64,000 nt of DNA from Desulfuromonadales bacterium (GCA_033549025.1 JAWSUS010000003.1:137207-201206); one strand, 5' to 3'; shown: positions 26,834 to 41,029, counted from the stretch's first letter. A program made the numbers and translations. The notes: generated by a model not told the origin, from the letters alone.

Positions 26834-29800
26834 TTATTCTTCTTCCTCTTCGAGGAGTTCCACATCGAGGCACAGAGACTGCAGTTCCTTGATGAGCACG
26901 TTGAAGGATTCGGGCAGTCCGGCCTCCAGTGTGTGCTTCCCTTTGACTATGGCTTCGTACATCCGGGTCCTTCCCGCCACATCGTCCGATTTGACGGTGA
27001 GGAATTCCTGCAGGGCATGAGCGGCCCCGTAAGCCTCAAGAGCCCACACCTCCATCTCACCGAGTCGCTGGCCACCGAACTGGGCTTTTCCGCCCAGCGG
27101 CTGCTGCGTAACCAGGCTGTAGGGACCGATGGAACGAGCGTGAATCTTGTCATCGACCAGGTGATGAAGCTTGAGCATGTACATGATGCCCACGGTAACC
27201 TTCTCGAGGAACGGTTCGCCGGTCTTGCCATTGTACAAGGTCATCTGACCGGAACTGGAGAAGCCAGCCCGCTCGATTTCCCCTTTGATCTGCTCTTCGT
27301 TCACCCCTTCAAAGACGGGCGACGCCATGGGAACCCCCTTGGAAAGGCGGCGAGCCAGGGCCATCAGATCGTCTTCATCAAGACCGTCGATAAACGAATC
27401 AAGCTCCTTGTTGCCATAGATGGACTTGATCTTCTCGCGGATCTTTTCCGGGCTGAACTGGTTGTCAATAACCTCCTGGATACGCATCCCCAGGCCACGT
27501 GCGCCCAAACCGAGATGGATCTCCAGAATCTGCCCGATGTTCATACGGGAAGGAACACCCAGAGGATTGAGAACGATCTCAACCGGGGTGCCGTCTTCCA
27601 TGTAGGGCATATCCTCCTCAGGGAGTATCCGAGACAGTACCCCCTTGTTGCCGTGACGGCCGGCCATCTTGTCACCGACGGAAAGCTTGCGTTTGATGGC
27701 GATATACACTTTGACCATCTTGATGACGCCGGGGGGCAGATCATCGCCACGCTTGAGCTTTTCGATCTTGTCGGAAAAAACGCCGCGGATCAATTCCTCG
27801 CGTTCATGGAGGTGAGCCAGCACAGTAGCCACTTTATCCTCAACTTCCGGGGCGTTGGCGAGAGAGATCTCCTGCCAGCGCTTGAGGGGCACAGCGGAAA
27901 GCAGTTCTTCCGTCAGCTTCTGTCCCTTGGGCAGCAAAGTCTTGCCCGTTTCGTCGACAATGGCGACGGCCGAAGTCTGTTGCGCCAGCAGGGAAAGCAT
28001 TTTCCCGCGGGCTGACTCCCGGATAATGCGGATTTCGTCGTTCTGATCTTTGAGCAGCTTGTCGATTTCAGTCTTTTCGATGTGCTCGGTGCGGGTATCT
28101 TTATCGATCCCTTTGCGGGAAAAGACACGAGCCCCGATAACCACCCCTTCGACACCGGGCGGTACACGCAGGGAGGTGTCGCGAACATCCCCGGCCTTTT
28201 CGCCAAAAATCGCCCTGAGCAGTTTTTCTTCCGGCGAAAGCTGGGTTTCTCCTTTCGGCGTGATTTTACCTACGAGGATATCTCCAGGTTTGACCTCAGC
28301 GCCAATACGGATGATGCCGCTCTCGTCGAGATCCGCGAGGGCATCTTCGCCCAAGTTGGGAATATCGTCAGTGATCTCTTCTTTGCCGAGCTTGGTGTCG
28401 CGGGCGACGCATTCGAACTCCTCAATATGGATGGAGGTATAGCGATCCTCCTTGACCAGCTTTTCGGAGATAAGGATGGAGTCCTCGAAGTTGTAGCCTT
28501 CCCATGGCATGAAGGCGACCAGGACGTTCTGCCCCAGGGCCAGCTCGCCCCATTCGGTGGAGGGTCCATCGGCGATGATCTCGCCGCGCCGCACCCTGTC
28601 CCCTACTTTGACGATAGGTTTCTGGTTAAGACAGGTGTTCTGGTTGGAGCGCAGGAACTTGATGAGCGTGTAAATATCCACGCCGGTTCCTGACTCATCC
28701 AACTCGCCTTCGTCAATCTTGACGACGATGCGCGCCGCGTCGACACTCTCGACCACACCGTTGTGCCGCGCCACGACTGCTGCACCCGAGTCATGGGCGA
28801 CAATGCGCTCCATCCCCGTCCCGACCAGTGGCGCGTCGGCACGAAGCAGGGGCACAGCCTGTCGCTGCATGTTGGAGCCCATCAGGGCGCGGTTGGCGTC
28901 GTCGTTTTCAAGGAAGGGGATAAGCGCCGCGGCCACGGAGACCAGCTGCTTGGGCGAAACGTCCATCAGCTCGATCTCTTCGCGGTTCATTAGCATAAAC
29001 TCGCCGTTTTTCCGGGCGTTGACCAACTCGTTGACAAAGGTGTTGTCCTCGTTCAACGGCGCATTGGCCTGCGCAATGGCGTGGCCTTCCTCTTCCAAGG
29101 CCGAAAAGTATTTGATTTCAGTTGTTACTTTACCCGCAGACACCAGGCGATAGGGTGTCTCGACGAACCCGTGCTCGTTGATGCGCGCATAGGTCGAAAG
29201 CGAGGCGATCAGACCGATATTCGGTCCTTCCGGGGTTTCAATAGGACAAACCCGGCCGTAATGGGTCGGATGAACGTCACGGACTTCGAAGCCGGCCCTC
29301 TCTCGAGTCAAACCACCGGGTCCAAGCGCGGAAAGGCGTCGCTTGTGGGTAATTTCGGAGAGCGGATTGGTCTGGTCCATGAACTGAGACAGCTGTGATG
29401 AGCCGAAAAACTCCTTCACAACGGCCGAAACCGGTTTGGAGTTGATCAGATCATGAGGCATGAGGCTGTCGATCTCTTGCAGACTCATGCGCTCCTTGAT
29501 GGCCCTTTCCATACGGACGAGACCAACGCGGTACTGGTTCTCAAGGAGTTCGCCAACGGCGCGGACGCGTCGGTTACCGAGATGATCGATGTCGTCGATC
29601 GCCCCTTTACCGTTTCGCAGATCGATCAGGTAGCGCACCACCTCCAAAATATCTTCTTTGGTCAGGGTGGTCAGGTCCAGAGGGGACTTCAGCCCCAGCT
29701 TATAGTTGAGCTTGAGACGACCAACTACCGAAAGATCATAGCGCTCTGAATTGAAGAAGAGGCTGTCGAACAGGGCAGTGGCACTACGGATCGTCGGCGG

Positions 29801-30943
29801 ATCCCCGGGACGGAGACGCCGGTATATCTCGATTTTGGCGTCATCGGGCGTAGCCACTTTGTCAAGCTGCAGGGTTTCACGCAGATAGGGTCCGACAAAG
29901 AGGTTATCTATAAAGAGCACCTTGAACTCGGTGATCCCTCTGGACAACAGCTCTTCGAGCTTGCCTTCGGTGATCTCCTCGTTGCATTCGACGACAATCT
30001 CACCCGTGGCCGTATCGACAATATCCGAAGAGGCGACCTTACCAACCACATCCTCCTTGAGGATGGAAATCGCTTCGATGCCCTTATCCGCCAGTTTGCG
30101 AATGGCCGCTTTGGTAAATTTGCGGTTGGCCTTAACCAGAACCTCGCCATCGGGCGCCACGATATCGCAGCTGGCCCTCTGGCCGGACAGCAGGTCAAGA
30201 TTGACCTTTTTCTGATAGTTATCGCCATCGACCACGATGGTATCGACATCGTAGTAGTAATTGAGCAACTCTTCAGCCGTGTAGCCCAGGGCCTTCAGCA
30301 GAACGGTTGCAGGCAGTTTACGGCGACGGTCAATACGAACATAGAGAATATCTTTATGATCAAAGTCAAAGTCAAGCCAGGATCCACGATAGGGGATGAC
30401 ACGCGCACTATAGAGGATTTTACCACTGGAGTGCGTCTTGCCCTTATCATGGTCGAAAAAGACACCGGGCGACCGGTGCAACTGGCTGACAATAACCCTT
30501 TCAGTCCCATTAATAATAAAGGTACCGTTTTCGGTCATCAGCGGGATTTCACCGAAATAGACCTCTTGCTCCTTGATGTCGCGGATGGACTGGACACCCG
30601 AGTCCTTATCGACATCCCAGGAAACAAGACGAACGCGTACCTTTACCGGGGCGGCAAAAGTCATACCCCGTTGGTGGCACTCATCAACGTCGTACTTGGG
30701 AGTTCCCAGTGAATAGGCTACGTATTCAAGTGAGCTGGTTTCATTAAAGTCCCGAATAGGAAATACGGAACGGAAGACGGCTTCCAGGCCGACGTTCTGC
30801 CGGGCCGAAGGAGGTAGCTCCGCCTGAAGAAAACGCTTGTAGGAAGTCTTCTGGATATCAATGAGGTTGGGTATGTCGATGATCCTCTTGATCTCGGCAA
30901 AATGTTTCCTCAGAAGCTGGTTATTCGCGATCGAATAAGCCAT
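26834..30943 (-). CDS. rpoB: RNA polymerase beta subunit
   Basis: [30 protein letters not shown]; start set to MAYSIANN (ATG at 30943). Confidence 0.99.
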   Translation of the reverse strand: MAYSIANNQLLRKHFAEIKRIIDIPNLIDIQKTSYKRFLQAELPPSARQNVGLEAVFRSVFPIRDFNETSSLEYVAYSLGTPKYDVDECHQRGMTFAAPVKVRVRLVSWDVDKDSGVQSIRDIKEQEVYFGEIPLMTENGTFIINGTERVIVSQLHRSPGVFFDHDKGKTHSSGKILYSARVIPYRGSWLDFDFDHKDILYVRIDRRRKLPATVLLKALGYTAEELLNYYYDVDTIVVDGDNYQKKVNLDLLSGQRASCDIVAPDGEVLVKANRKFTKAAIRKLADKGIEAISILKEDVVGKVASSDIVDTATGEIVVECNEEITEGKLEELLSRGITEFKVLFIDNLFVGPYLRETLQLDKVATPDDAKIEIYRRLRPGDPPTIRSATALFDSLFFNSERYDLSVVGRLKLNYKLGLKSPLDLTTLTKEDILEVVRYLIDLRNGKGAIDDIDHLGNRRVRAVGELLENQYRVGLVRMERAIKERMSLQEIDSLMPHDLINSKPVSAVVKEFFGSSQLSQFMDQTNPLSEITHKRRLSALGPGGLTRERAGFEVRDVHPTHYGRVCPIETPEGPNIGLIASLSTYARINEHGFVETPYRLVSAGKVTTEIKYFSALEEEGHAIAQANAPLNEDNTFVNELVNARKNGEFMLMNREEIELMDVSPKQLVSVAAALIPFLENDDANRALMGSNMQRQAVPLLRADAPLVGTGMERIVAHDSGAAVVARHNGVVESVDAARIVVKIDEGELDESGTGVDIYTLIKFLRSNQNTCLNQKPIVKVGDRVRRGEIIADGPSTEWGELALGQNVLVAFMPWEGYNFEDSILISEKLVKEDRYTSIHIEEFECVARDTKLGKEEITDDIPNLGEDALADLDESGIIRIGAEVKPGDILVGKITPKGETQLSPEEKLLRAIFGEKAGDVRDTSLRVPPGVEGVVIGARVFSRKGIDKDTRTEHIEKTEIDKLLKDQNDEIRIIRESARGKMLSLLAQQTSAVAIVDETGKTLLPKGQKLTEELLSAVPLKRWQEISLANAPEVEDKVATVLAHLHEREELIRGVFSDKIEKLKRGDDLPPGVIKMVKVYIAIKRKLSVGDKMAGRHGNKGVLSRILPEEDMPYMEDGTPVEIVLNPLGVPSRMNIGQILEIHLGLGARGLGMRIQEVIDNQFSPEKIREKIKSIYGNKELDSFIDGLDEDDLMALARRLSKGVPMASPVFEGVNEEQIKGEIERAGFSSSGQMTLYNGKTGEPFLEKVTVGIMYMLKLHHLVDDKIHARSIGPYSLVTQQPLGGKAQFGGQRLGEMEVWALEAYGAAHALQEFLTVKSDDVAGRTRMYEAIVKGKHTLEAGLPESFNVLIKELQSLCLDVELLEEEEE

Positions 30944-31026
30944 GATTTCTCCTTTAGGTAACGAAAGTAGAATAGCCAAGGCCGCACAAGGCGACCTTGG
31001 CTAATGGCGAAACTATGGGAAGGGAA

Positions 31027-31410
31027 CTACTTGAGTTCCACAGTGGCGCCAGCTTCGACGAGCTGCTTTTTGAGCTCTTCGGCTTCGGCTTTAGGCATGG
31101 CTTCCTTGACGGTCTGAGGAGCACCATCAACGAGATCCTTGGCTTCTTTGAGGCCCAGGCCTGTGGCAGCACGAACAACCTTGATGACGTTGATCTTTTT
31201 ATCGCCAGCGGCGGCGAGAACAACATCGAACTCATCTTTTTCTTCTACAGCAGCAGCACCACCAGCGGCAGGAGCGGCAGCGGCCACCGCAACAGGAGCG
31301 GCAGCGGAGACACCGAACTTCTCTTCGAGTTCCTTGACGAGCTCAGCCAGCTCAAGGACGTTCATTTTTTCGATAAATTCAACAACCTGTTCTTTAGTGA
31401 TATCAGCCAT
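31027..31410 (-). CDS. rplL: 50S ribosomal protein L7/L12
   Basis: [25 protein letters not shown]. Confidence 0.99.
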   Translation of the reverse strand: MADITKEQVVEFIEKMNVLELAELVKELEEKFGVSAAAPVAVAAAAPAAGGAAAVEEKDEFDVVLAAAGDKKINVIKVVRAATGLGLKEAKDLVDGAPQTVKEAMPKAEAEELKKQLVEAGATVELK

Positions 31411-31464
31411 GATAAATATTCCTCCGTAACGTGTTATGCGTAAAATGGGGTAAAAAGGGCCAAA

Positions 31465-31983
31465 TTAAGCCGCTTTTTTGTCTTGAATAGCTGCCAATAC
31501 CTGCACCAGGGAGCGCGGAATAGCTGCCAGCACACCAACAAAATTGGTCGCGGGAGCATTAAGCGAACCAAGGACTTTGGCCAGCAGAACCTCGCGGCTC
31601 GGCAATTCAGCCAGGGCCTCGATCTGTGCGAGGTCAAGCAGGTTGCCATTGAGCGCACCAACCTTCAGAGCAAAGGTCTTATTGGTTTTGGCGAATTCGG
31701 ACAGAATTTTGGCGGGGGCCACAGGGTCCGATCCAGCAATAGCGATCGCTGTGGGTCCGGCAAGGTGGTCGGAAAGGCACTCACTTGAAGTTCCTTTGGC
31801 GGCCAGCTTCAACAGGGTGTTTTTGACAACGCGGTATTCGACTCCTGCTCCGCGCAGTTCACCGCGCAGCTTATCCACCTGCTCCACGTTGAGACCGCGA
31901 TAGTCCGCAAGAAAGGCCGCTTTGGCCGACCCGAGCTTTTCACTCAACTCGGCGACAATCTGTTCTTTGCTGCTTTTGTTCAA
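31465..31983 (-). CDS. rplJ: 50S ribosomal protein L10
   Basis: [23 protein letters not shown] start at 31983 after AGGAGG. Confidence 0.98.
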   Translation of the reverse strand: MNKSSKEQIVAELSEKLGSAKAAFLADYRGLNVEQVDKLRGELRGAGVEYRVVKNTLLKLAAKGTSSECLSDHLAGPTAIAIAGSDPVAPAKILSEFAKTNKTFALKVGALNGNLLDLAQIEALAELPSREVLLAKVLGSLNAPATNFVGVLAAIPRSLVQVLAAIQDKKAA

Positions 31984-31989
31984 CGTCTC

Positions 31990-32145
31990 TCCTCCTTTCA
32001 TTGAGATTTGGGGATCCATTTGATCCCTTGCCCCAGTCTGAGGTCATGGAGTGAGACGAAATCGTCGATCCATTGTTCCAGCCTCGGCAGGCAGTCCATC
32101 TTTTAAGCGCGATCGGCTAGCGCACCTGCTGTCTTTGACCGGGAG
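31990..32145 (-). promoter_or_regulatory. L10 leader (autogenous control RNA), boundaries approximate
   Basis: Minus strand AAAGACAGCAGG...TTAA...CCTGCCGAGG upstream of rplJ resembles the known L10-leader core. Confidence 0.75.
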
Positions 32146-32213
32146 CGTTATGTAAACCACCAGTCGCCCACTCGAAGAGAGGGCGACTGTCGTGCGAACA
32201 AACCTTGCTTAAC

Positions 32214-32915
32214 TTATTTGACCATCGCCTGCAAAGCAGCGACATCGATATTGAGGCCAGGTCCCATCGTGCTGGAAATGCACACCTTTTTAAGGTAAGT
32301 CCCCTTGGAGGTAGCGGGTTTGGCCTTAACAAGAGCATCAACCAGGCTGACCACGTTTTCCTTGAGTTTTTCAACGTCAAAGGAAACCTTGCCCACCGGG
32401 GCATGAACGATACCCGCTTTTTCAACGCGGTATTCGATTTTACCCGATTTGGCCTCGGTCACTGCCCGCTCGATGTCAAAGGTGACGGTACCAACCTTGG
32501 GGTTAGGCATAAGGCCGCGGGGGCCGAGAAGCTTGCCGATTTTGCCGACCGTACCCATCATATCCGGGGTAGCGATAGCAGTATCAAAATCGAACCAGCC
32601 GGCCTGAATCTTGGCCACGAGATCGTCCGCCCCGACGTAGTCGGCACCAGCCGTGGTGGCTTCCTGAGCCTTCTCGCCCTTGGCAAAGACGAGAACACGG
32701 ACAGTTTTACCCAGACCGTTAGGAAGGACAACGGCACCACGAACCATCTGATCCGCCTTACGCGGATCAACGCCCAGGCGAATGGAGACGTCGACCGTTT
32801 CGTCAAATTTGGCGAAGGAAGTCTCTTTGACAAGAGCAAGAGCCTCCTCAATAGGATAGGCATTTGTTCTGTCTATCTTGGCCTTAGCTTGAGTATGTTT
32901 TTTTCCTGCACTCAT
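32214..32915 (-). CDS. rplA: 50S ribosomal protein L1
   Basis: [30 protein letters not shown]. Confidence 0.99.
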   Translation of the reverse strand: MSAGKKHTQAKAKIDRTNAYPIEEALALVKETSFAKFDETVDVSIRLGVDPRKADQMVRGAVVLPNGLGKTVRVLVFAKGEKAQEATTAGADYVGADDLVAKIQAGWFDFDTAIATPDMMGTVGKIGKLLGPRGLMPNPKVGTVTFDIERAVTEAKSGKIEYRVEKAGIVHAPVGKVSFDVEKLKENVVSLVDALVKAKPATSKGTYLKKVCISSTMGPGLNIDVAALQAMVK

Positions 32916-32927
32916 TTGCAACTCCAG

Positions 32928-33350
32928 TTAAACGACTTCGAGGCCCATGCTGCGGGCGGTGCCTTCAATAGTAAGGATTGCCTTTTCGATATCAAAGGCA
33001 TTGAGATCCGGCATTTTCAGCTCGGCAATCTCCCTGACCTGATCCTTGGTGACCTTGCCCACTTTGTTTTTATTGGGCACGCCGGATCCCTTCTGAATCT
33101 TGGCGGCCTTCAGGAGAAGAACGGCTGCGGGCGGCGTCTTGGTGATGAAGGAAAAGGACCGGTCGGCGTAGACAGTAATGACGACAGGTGTAATCATTCC
33201 GTCCTGTGCCTGGGTCTTTGCGTTAAACGCCTTGCAGAACTCCATAATGTTGACCCCATGCTGGCCGAGCGCGGGACCGACCGGAGGCGAAGGATTCGCC
33301 TTGCCGGCAGGAATCTGCAGTTTAATCAAACCAACAACCTTCTTGGCCAT
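32928..33350 (-). CDS. rplK: 50S ribosomal protein L11
   Basis: [20 protein letters not shown]. Confidence 0.99.
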   Translation of the reverse strand: MAKKVVGLIKLQIPAGKANPSPPVGPALGQHGVNIMEFCKAFNAKTQAQDGMITPVVITVYADRSFSFITKTPPAAVLLLKAAKIQKGSGVPNKNKVGKVTKDQVREIAELKMPDLNAFDIEKAILTIEGTARSMGLEVV

Positions 33351-33386
33351 GAGTGACTCCTTGAGTTTATCTTGTTAGAACCAGCT

Positions 33387-33920
33387 CTAGCTGGTTTTTT
33401 CTACTTGAATGAATTCCAGTTCGACCGGCGTAACCCGCCCGAAAATACTGACCATGACCTTGAGTTTGCCCTTGTCGGGCTTCACATCTTCGACCACACC
33501 GGTAAAGTTGAGGAACGGACCGTCAACCACGCGTACCGTTTCACCAACTTCAAACTCGACCTTCGGCTTGGGTCGCTCCACACCTTCTTCGATGCGCGAG
33601 GTAATCTTAGCAACCTCTTCGTCGGGGATGGACGGTGGAGCAGTCCCCCCTCCAACAAATCCAGTAACCTTCGGTATATCTTTAACTATGTGCCAGGTTT
33701 CGTTGTTCAACTCCATCTGGACAAGTATATAGCCAGGAAAAAATTTACGGGAAGAGGTCTTGCGCTCTCCCTTTTTCAACTCGACCACCGTTTCGGAAGG
33801 GATCAATATTTCCCCAAAGAACTCTTCCGCTTCGAGCGATCGAATTCGCTCCTCCAGATTGAGCTTTACCTTATTTTCGAATCCAGAGTACGTGTGTACG
33901 CCATACCACTTTTTCGCCAT
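33387..33920 (-). CDS. nusG: transcription termination/antitermination factor NusG
   Basis: WY..HTYSG.E, FPGY, GPF.NF.G, IFGR.TPVEL. Confidence 0.99.
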   Translation of the reverse strand: MAKKWYGVHTYSGFENKVKLNLEERIRSLEAEEFFGEILIPSETVVELKKGERKTSSRKFFPGYILVQMELNNETWHIVKDIPKVTGFVGGGTAPPSIPDEEVAKITSRIEEGVERPKPKVEFEVGETVRVVDGPFLNFTGVVEDVKPDKGKLKVMVSIFGRVTPVELEFIQVEKTS

Positions 33921-33935
33921 ATCAGCTTCTCCCTA

Positions 33936-34121
33936 TCAACTCAGGAGCGCGCGTATCACCGCGGAGAGAGCTGAGTCCACAACCCACAAAAACACGGCAA
34001 CGACGAAGACCAGAACGATAACAACCGTTGTTGACGCGATTGTGTCCTTGCGCGTCGGCCAGGTAACCTTTTTAAGCTCACCCTTTACGTTCGTCAAAAA
34101 CTCTGTCGTTTTGGCAAGCAC
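33936..34121 (-). CDS. secE: preprotein translocase subunit SecE
   Basis: ELKKVTWP plus one TM helix; GTG start at 34121. Confidence 0.95.
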   Translation of the reverse strand: MLAKTTEFLTNVKGELKKVTWPTRKDTIASTTVVIVLVFVVAVFLWVVDSALSAVIRALLS

Positions 34122-34153
34122 TATAAAACCCCTTTGGAGGATGACCATCAAAA

Positions 34154-34230
34154 TGGCAGGCCAGGAGGGACTCGAACCCCCAACACCCGGTTTTGGAGAC
34201 CGGTGCTCTAGCCATTAGAGCTACTGGCCT
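34154..34230 (-). tRNA. tRNA-Trp (CCA)
   Basis: AGGCCAGTAGCTC...CCGGT-CTCCAAA-ACCGG...GGTTCGAGTCC...TGGCCTGCCA; canonical position before secE. Confidence 0.97.
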
Positions 34231-34272
34231 GCATGCAGAAAACTGCGTAATTCCTCTTCCTGCCGCTAGCCC

Positions 34273-34422
34273 CTACTTCGTTTCCTTGTGGGGGGTGTGC
34301 TTCTGACAGAAACGGCAATATTTACTAAACTCCAGTTTATCGGGAGTATTTTTTTTGTTTTTCGTGGTGGTGTAATTGCGCTGCTTGCATTCAGTGCAAG
34401 CTAAGGTAACGATATCCCGCAT
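34273..34422 (-). CDS. rpmG: 50S ribosomal protein L33 (zinc-ribbon form)
   Basis: Not in the ORF track. Manual translation [49 protein letters not shown]. Confidence 0.97.
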   Translation of the reverse strand: MRDIVTLACTECKQRNYTTTKNKKNTPDKLEFSKYCRFCQKHTPHKETK

Positions 34423-34476
34423 GGTGTCGTCCTTCAACCCCCCCCCTCTAACGAGGGGAGGAGGTTTTGAATGTTT

Positions 34477-35667
<1,191 letters not shown>

Positions 35668-35777
35668 TGTGTCATCCTCCCTTTTTACTGATTTTGCTTA
35701 TTTCGCCTAATGTTGGGCCAGCTGCGTTTGCGAGGCCAAGATCCAATACAAACAGACAAACCCCCAGACACAGTGCA

Positions 35778-35853
<76 letters not shown>

Positions 35854-35891
35854 CTATTCACTGACTTTCTGCGGAATCACCAGGGTTAGTT

Positions 35892-35968
35892 TGGAGCGGG
35901 AAACGGGATTCGAACCCGCGACCCTCAGCTTGGAAGGCTGATGCTCTAGCCAACTGAGCTACTCCCGC
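35892..35968 (-). tRNA. tRNA-Gly (TCC)
   Basis: GCGGGAGTAGCTCAG...CCTTCCAAG...GGTTCGAATCC...CCCGCTCCA. Confidence 0.97.
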
Positions 35969-36091
35969 CCAAAAACAACCAACCTTAAATTTATCTGCTA
36001 CACGGTGGACTCCAGAAGGATCGACTTCCCAGTACATTCAGCCCATGGCCTCCTGGAAACGCCTACCCGACCTCATCCGGCGAGTTTCATA

Positions 36092-36176
<85 letters not shown>

Positions 36177-36221
36177 AGGGGAATTTAAAACAAAAGGTTT
36201 TTCAGCCCCTTTGTAGCTCAT

Positions 36222-36297
36222 TGGAGCTGGCGACAGGAATTGAACCCGCAACCTGCTGATTACAAGTCAGCTGCTCTACCTATTGAGCTACGCCAGC
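36222..36297 (-). tRNA. tRNA-Thr (TGT)
   Basis: GCTGGCGTAGCTCA...CTGA-CTTGTAA-TCAG...GCCAGCTCCA. Confidence 0.97.
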
Positions 36298-36308
36298 ACA
36301 GGGGGGGA

Positions 36309-36337
36309 TTTATACAACAGTGACTTTCGAATTGCAA
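36309..36337 (-). promoter_or_regulatory. sigma-70 promoter of the tRNA-tuf operon
   Basis: Minus strand TTGCAA-N17-TATAAA followed by a C-rich discriminator just before tRNA-Thr. Confidence 0.7.
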
Positions 36338-36428
36338 GCCTTTTTTTCTACTGCGATCATTCCCGCCCAGAACGGGTGAACGTATAATTCATTTGCTCGG
36401 TGATGTCAATAATTTTATAGGCAAAAAA

Positions 36429-37181
36429 TCAGCAACCACTCAAGACCCGACGCTGGCGAACAACCTCATACATGGCCAAGGCGCCGGCGACGGAGGCATT
36501 GAGGGAAGAGACCGCGCCCGCCATGGGGATACGCAGCAGGCCGTCGCAATGGGTTTTTACGTTGGGACGGAGCCCGCTCCCTTCGCTGCCGACGACCAAG
36601 GCAATGTTCCCCGCCAGATCGCATGAATAGATATCCTGGCTGTCAGCCTCGCCGGCAAGGCCATAGACCCACACCCCAGCCCGCCGCAGTTCATCCATGG
36701 TGCGAGCCAGATTAGTGACCTGGCAGAGCGGGATATGCTCGAGGGCGCCCGCCGAGGACTTGTCCACGACCCCGGTGACACCACAGGCCCGGTCTTTGGG
36801 AATGATCACGCCATGGCAGCCGGCGCCCTCCGCACTGCGGATCAAAGCACCCAGGTTGTGAGGATCGGTGATGCCGTCAAGAAGGAGAAAGAAAGCAGGC
36901 CGGCCGGAGGCACGCCAGCTTTCGACCAGATCGTCGACAGAGGCAAAAGAAAAATCTTCCACTTTCAGCAACACGCCCTGGTGGCGGTTGTTCCCGGCCA
37001 GCCGATCCATGTCCCGACGCTCGACCTGGCGAACGGCCACACCCTCGCGCTCCGCCTCCTCGATCACCTCCTGAACCCGAGGGCTGAGAGGCTGGCGCGT
37101 TACGACCAGCTCAAGGGGGCGGCGGAGCCGGCTGCGCAGCCCCTCACGGGCCGGATTTACACCATAGATCCAATCCGCCAT
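36429..37181 (-). CDS. rlmB: 23S rRNA (guanosine-2251-2'-O)-methyltransferase
   Basis: HQGV, DPHNLGALIRSA, GSEG.G, SLNASVA SPOUT motifs. Confidence 0.93.
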   Translation of the reverse strand: MADWIYGVNPAREGLRSRLRRPLELVVTRQPLSPRVQEVIEEAEREGVAVRQVERRDMDRLAGNNRHQGVLLKVEDFSFASVDDLVESWRASGRPAFFLLLDGITDPHNLGALIRSAEGAGCHGVIIPKDRACGVTGVVDKSSAGALEHIPLCQVTNLARTMDELRRAGVWVYGLAGEADSQDIYSCDLAGNIALVVGSEGSGLRPNVKTHCDGLLRIPMAGAVSSLNASVAGALAMYEVVRQRRVLSGC

Positions 37182-37918
37182 TAACGATTCTCGCCGAGAG
37201 CAGCAGCCATTTCATCCAGAATCTTTTCAGCCGCCCCGACAGGATCGGCCGCCGCCGAAATAGGCCGCCCGATGACCAGATAGTCGGCACCAGCGCTGAT
37301 GGCCTCGGCAGGGGTAGTGACCCGTTTCTGGTCATCCAGAGAAGCAAATGTGGGGCGCACGCCAGGCGTCACAATAAGGAAATCATCCCCGCAAACTTCC
37401 CGGATGAGGGCGACTTCCTTAGGCGAGGCGACCACGCCGTCCATGCCGGCATCCTTGGCCAGCTTGGCCAGACGGGGCACCATTTCCTGAACGGGACGAT
37501 CGATGCCGACCTGCTTCAGGGTTTCCTCGGTGGATGAGGTCAGGATGGTCACCGCCAGCAGCACGGGACGCTCGGCGCTACCCTTCGGACAGACGCTATC
37601 AACAGCCGCCACAGTTTTCTCCATCATCTCCCGCCCGCCCAGGGCATGCACATTGAACATGCGGACACCGAGTCGAGCCGCCTCCACGCCAGCGCTGGCT
37701 ACAGTGTTGGGGATATCGTGATACTTGAGGTCAAGAAAGACATCCCCCCCTTCCCCGCGGACCATGTGAACCACCTCGGGACCACAACGGGTAAAGAGCT
37801 GCTTGCCCACCTTAAAAACCCCGACCTTTTCGTGCAGCAACTTGACCCAGCGCTCAGCCTCTTCAAAATTGTCGACGTCCAGGGCGAAAACCAGGCGATC
37901 ACGTACAGAATTCTTCAT
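37181..37918 (-). CDS. pyrF: orotidine-5'-phosphate decarboxylase
   Basis: ALD, FLDLKYHDIPNTV, VTPGVR, DDQKR..TP, IGRPI; start set to MKNSVRD. Confidence 0.97.
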   Translation of the reverse strand: MKNSVRDRLVFALDVDNFEEAERWVKLLHEKVGVFKVGKQLFTRCGPEVVHMVRGEGGDVFLDLKYHDIPNTVASAGVEAARLGVRMFNVHALGGREMMEKTVAAVDSVCPKGSAERPVLLAVTILTSSTEETLKQVGIDRPVQEMVPRLAKLAKDAGMDGVVASPKEVALIREVCGDDFLIVTPGVRPTFASLDDQKRVTTPAEAISAGADYLVIGRPISAAADPVGAAEKILDEMAAALGENR

Positions 37919-39129
37919 CACTTGCTCCCAATGATATGTTTCACCCGGCGGGAGATCTCCTGCACCCGCTGAATGAGTTCCGTCGATTCCTCGGCGCCCA
38001 ATTGGCGACGGGCGGCCATGCATTCCATGTAAACCAGCTCGCTCAAAGCATCGGCCAGCAGCTTCATCTTGTCCGACTCATCAAGTCCGCCCAGATTGAC
38101 CAGGATACGCCCCGCCTCTATAGAGCCGTCTTCGGCCAGGGTCACATCCCGAAAGACATACGAAAAAGGTTGAGGCAACGTGTGCAGAAAAGCATCCACC
38201 TCCTGGCCAAAGGCGGGATTCTTCTCACTCAGCCGTCGGAAGAGTGCCGAGAGGGCGCCGTTGAAAATGGAGAGGATTTTACCCAGGTCCCCGGATGCCT
38301 CCACCGAGGGGGCGTCCTCCATTCTCACCGCCTTTTTCTCGATCAACTGATAGAGCAGGCGCAGCGTCTCGAACTCTCCCATGCCGCTCCGGCGCAGAAT
38401 TTCACGCACCGCGAGGCGCCTCTCGCCAATAAGCAGCGCCAGACGTTTTTCCGATGGAGGCAGATCCTCGACGCGCCCCGGCTCCAGCACCGGCAAGCCA
38501 TCGAGAGAACCAATGCGGCGCATGAAGAGTTCTTTCTCGTCAACGCGGCGCAGTCCTTCCATGATAAGGTTCTGGGTGCTCAGCGAGAGCCGGACGACTT
38601 CGCTCTTGCCCGGACGCTGATTCAGGAAGACATAGCTGCCGGCCTGAAAAGCAAAGAGGCCGTAGATAATGGACTCCACCTGCTGGCGCGTCGCCTGCCA
38701 GAGATCTTTGGCCGTGACCAGCCCCTTTTCGACCAGAGACTTGCCGCCGCGGGTCAGATCGACAGATGATTGTCGGATCTTCTGAAGCCCTTCCGCGCTG
38801 AGCTTCCCCATGTCAAAGAGGGCGTCTCCCAGGTCTTCGCCCGGGAAGGTACTCTTTGCCGAGACAATCTCACCCTGCTGGAAGCACAGATCCTTACAGC
38901 CTCCCTTGAGTTCAAAGTGCAGGACGCCGGTTTTCCGGAACATATTAAAGAAGGAGAGGAGATCCGTCACCGAGACCTCCCCCAGCACTCCCGCCATCAA
39001 CACCTCGCCCGCCTCCGGCGAGGTAAAGAGGAGATGACAGGAGGAAGATGCGGTCAGCTCCAAAGATGAAACCGCGACCTTGTCGGCCACCTGGGGAGGA
39101 ATCGTCAAAAGCGTGCTGTCAGCTGCCAT
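37918..39129 (-). CDS. DUF4388/PATAN-like domain protein
   Basis: G.L.EVSV.DLL......KTG.L, F..GEIV.A.S, LG..L, QNLIMEGLRRVDE pattern; in an operon between proS and pyrF. Confidence 0.7.
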   Translation of the reverse strand: MAADSTLLTIPPQVADKVAVSSLELTASSSCHLLFTSPEAGEVLMAGVLGEVSVTDLLSFFNMFRKTGVLHFELKGGCKDLCFQQGEIVSAKSTFPGEDLGDALFDMGKLSAEGLQKIRQSSVDLTRGGKSLVEKGLVTAKDLWQATRQQVESIIYGLFAFQAGSYVFLNQRPGKSEVVRLSLSTQNLIMEGLRRVDEKELFMRRIGSLDGLPVLEPGRVEDLPPSEKRLALLIGERRLAVREILRRSGMGEFETLRLLYQLIEKKAVRMEDAPSVEASGDLGKILSIFNGALSALFRRLSEKNPAFGQEVDAFLHTLPQPFSYVFRDVTLAEDGSIEAGRILVNLGGLDESDKMKLLADALSELVYMECMAARRQLGAEESTELIQRVQEISRRVKHIIGSK

Positions 39130-39167
39130 AAGTCTCTACTCTCCGTGGCGGCTCTTCAATCCCGCCG

Positions 39168-40886
39168 TCAATCAGACGCCAGGGCCGCCCGGATCTTGGC
39201 TGCGACCACGGCGGCCGCCTCCGCCACCGGCAGCAGACTCCGCTGCCCGTTCAAACGCTCCTGCAGCTCCAGCGCACCCTCCTTGAGGCCCCGGGCACCG
39301 ACGGTCACCCGCAAGGGGATGCCGATAAGGTCCGCATCCTTGAACTTGCTGCCCGGGCGCTCGTCACGATCGTCGAGCAGCACGTCGACGCCGGCCTGCC
39401 GCAGATCGTTATAAAGAGCCTCCGCCGCCGCCCGGACTTCGTCATCGTTGGGGTTGACCATAGTGACGACGACCTGGAAGGGGGCGATCGGCAAGGGGAA
39501 GATGATGCCGTTCTCGTCATGGTTCTGCTCGATGGCCGAAGCGACGGTGCGGCCGATGCCGATACCGTAGCAGCCCATGACCAGCACGCGGTCCTTGCCC
39601 TGATCATCCAGCACGGTCGCGCCCATGGCCTCGGAATACTTGGTACCCAGCTTGAAGACGTGTCCCACCTCGATGCCGCGCCAGATCTCGAGCTTGCCTT
39701 CGCAGCGGGGGCAGGGATCGCCGCCGATGGCCTGACGCAGATCAGCGAAGGTATCAACAGTGAAGTCGCGATTCAGGTTGACGCCGGTGAAATGGGCATC
39801 CTTCTCGTTGGCGCCGGTGATAAAGTCGGCCATGCCCTGCACCTCCAGATCGGCTACGAGGCGGATCTTCAGACCGACGGGACCGGCAAAACCGCTCGGC
39901 GCTCCGGTGACCTTCTGTACCACCTCTTCCGGCGCCAGGGTGACCCAGGTGCAGCCGAGGAGATGCGCCAGCTTGATATCGTTGAGTTCGCGGTCCCCGC
40001 GCAGCAGCACCCCCAGGGTCTCGCCGGCATCCGTTTCGACGATCAGGGTCTTGAGCAGCCGCGACGGGCTGGTTTCCAGAAAGAGGGCCACGTCCTCGAT
40101 GGTCTTGCGAGCCGGCGTGGCCACCTTACTCAATTCTTTTGTCGCCGGCGGCGTCGGCAGTGTCCCCAGGCGGATCTCGGCCTTCTCGACATTGGCGGCA
40201 TATTCACAGCTGTCACAGGAAACGATGGCATCCTCACCGGACTCGGCCAGCACCATGAACTCGTGGGAAAAAGAGCCACCGATAGAGCCGGTATCCGCCT
40301 CCACGGCACGGAACTTAAGACCGCAGCGGGTGAAGATGCGGCGATAGGCCTGGTACATCTTCTCATAGGAGGCATCAGCCCCGGCATCGTCGAGATCGAA
40401 GGAGTAGGCGTCCTTCATGATGAACTCGCGGCCACGCATGAGGCCGAAACGGGGGCGAATCTCGTCACGGAACTTGGTCTGGATCTGATAAAGATTCAGG
40501 GGGAGCTGACGGTAGGAGCGCACTGTGTTGCGCACGATGTCGGTGACCACTTCTTCATGGGTCGGCCCCATGCAGAAATCGGCATCCTTGCGGTCCTTGA
40601 AGCGCAGCAGCTCCTTACCGTACTTTTCCCAGCGTCCCGACTCCTGCCAGAGCTCGGCGGGGTTGGCCATGGGCATGAGCACCTCGATAGCCCCGGCCCG
40701 GTCCAGCTCTTCGCGGACAATGGCCTCGACCTTGCGGATGGAACGCAGTCCTAATGGCATATAGTTATAGATACCGGCGGCCACTTTGCGGATCATGCCA
40801 GCCCGCATCATCAGCTGGTGGCTGACCACTTCGGCGTCGGCGGGGGTCTCTTTCAATGTCGGCAACAAATACTGGGACCAGCGCAT
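39168..40886 (-). CDS. proS: proline--tRNA ligase with editing domain
   Basis: [41 protein letters not shown]. Confidence 0.99.
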   Translation of the reverse strand: MRWSQYLLPTLKETPADAEVVSHQLMMRAGMIRKVAAGIYNYMPLGLRSIRKVEAIVREELDRAGAIEVLMPMANPAELWQESGRWEKYGKELLRFKDRKDADFCMGPTHEEVVTDIVRNTVRSYRQLPLNLYQIQTKFRDEIRPRFGLMRGREFIMKDAYSFDLDDAGADASYEKMYQAYRRIFTRCGLKFRAVEADTGSIGGSFSHEFMVLAESGEDAIVSCDSCEYAANVEKAEIRLGTLPTPPATKELSKVATPARKTIEDVALFLETSPSRLLKTLIVETDAGETLGVLLRGDRELNDIKLAHLLGCTWVTLAPEEVVQKVTGAPSGFAGPVGLKIRLVADLEVQGMADFITGANEKDAHFTGVNLNRDFTVDTFADLRQAIGGDPCPRCEGKLEIWRGIEVGHVFKLGTKYSEAMGATVLDDQGKDRVLVMGCYGIGIGRTVASAIEQNHDENGIIFPLPIAPFQVVVTMVNPNDDEVRAAAEALYNDLRQAGVDVLLDDRDERPGSKFKDADLIGIPLRVTVGARGLKEGALELQERLNGQRSLLPVAEAAAVVAAKIRAALASD

Positions 40887-41029
40887 GGGAAAACCTCAAC
40901 TCTTGATTAAATTGGATAACACGGAAATCGGACGAAGGCGCCAGAGGGCGCCGGCAGGTAGGAAAAGCTAGCGTATCTGCGGGCAAAAGGCAAGAAAACA
41001 GTGCGCAGGAAGCCTCTTGCCGCGGCGAT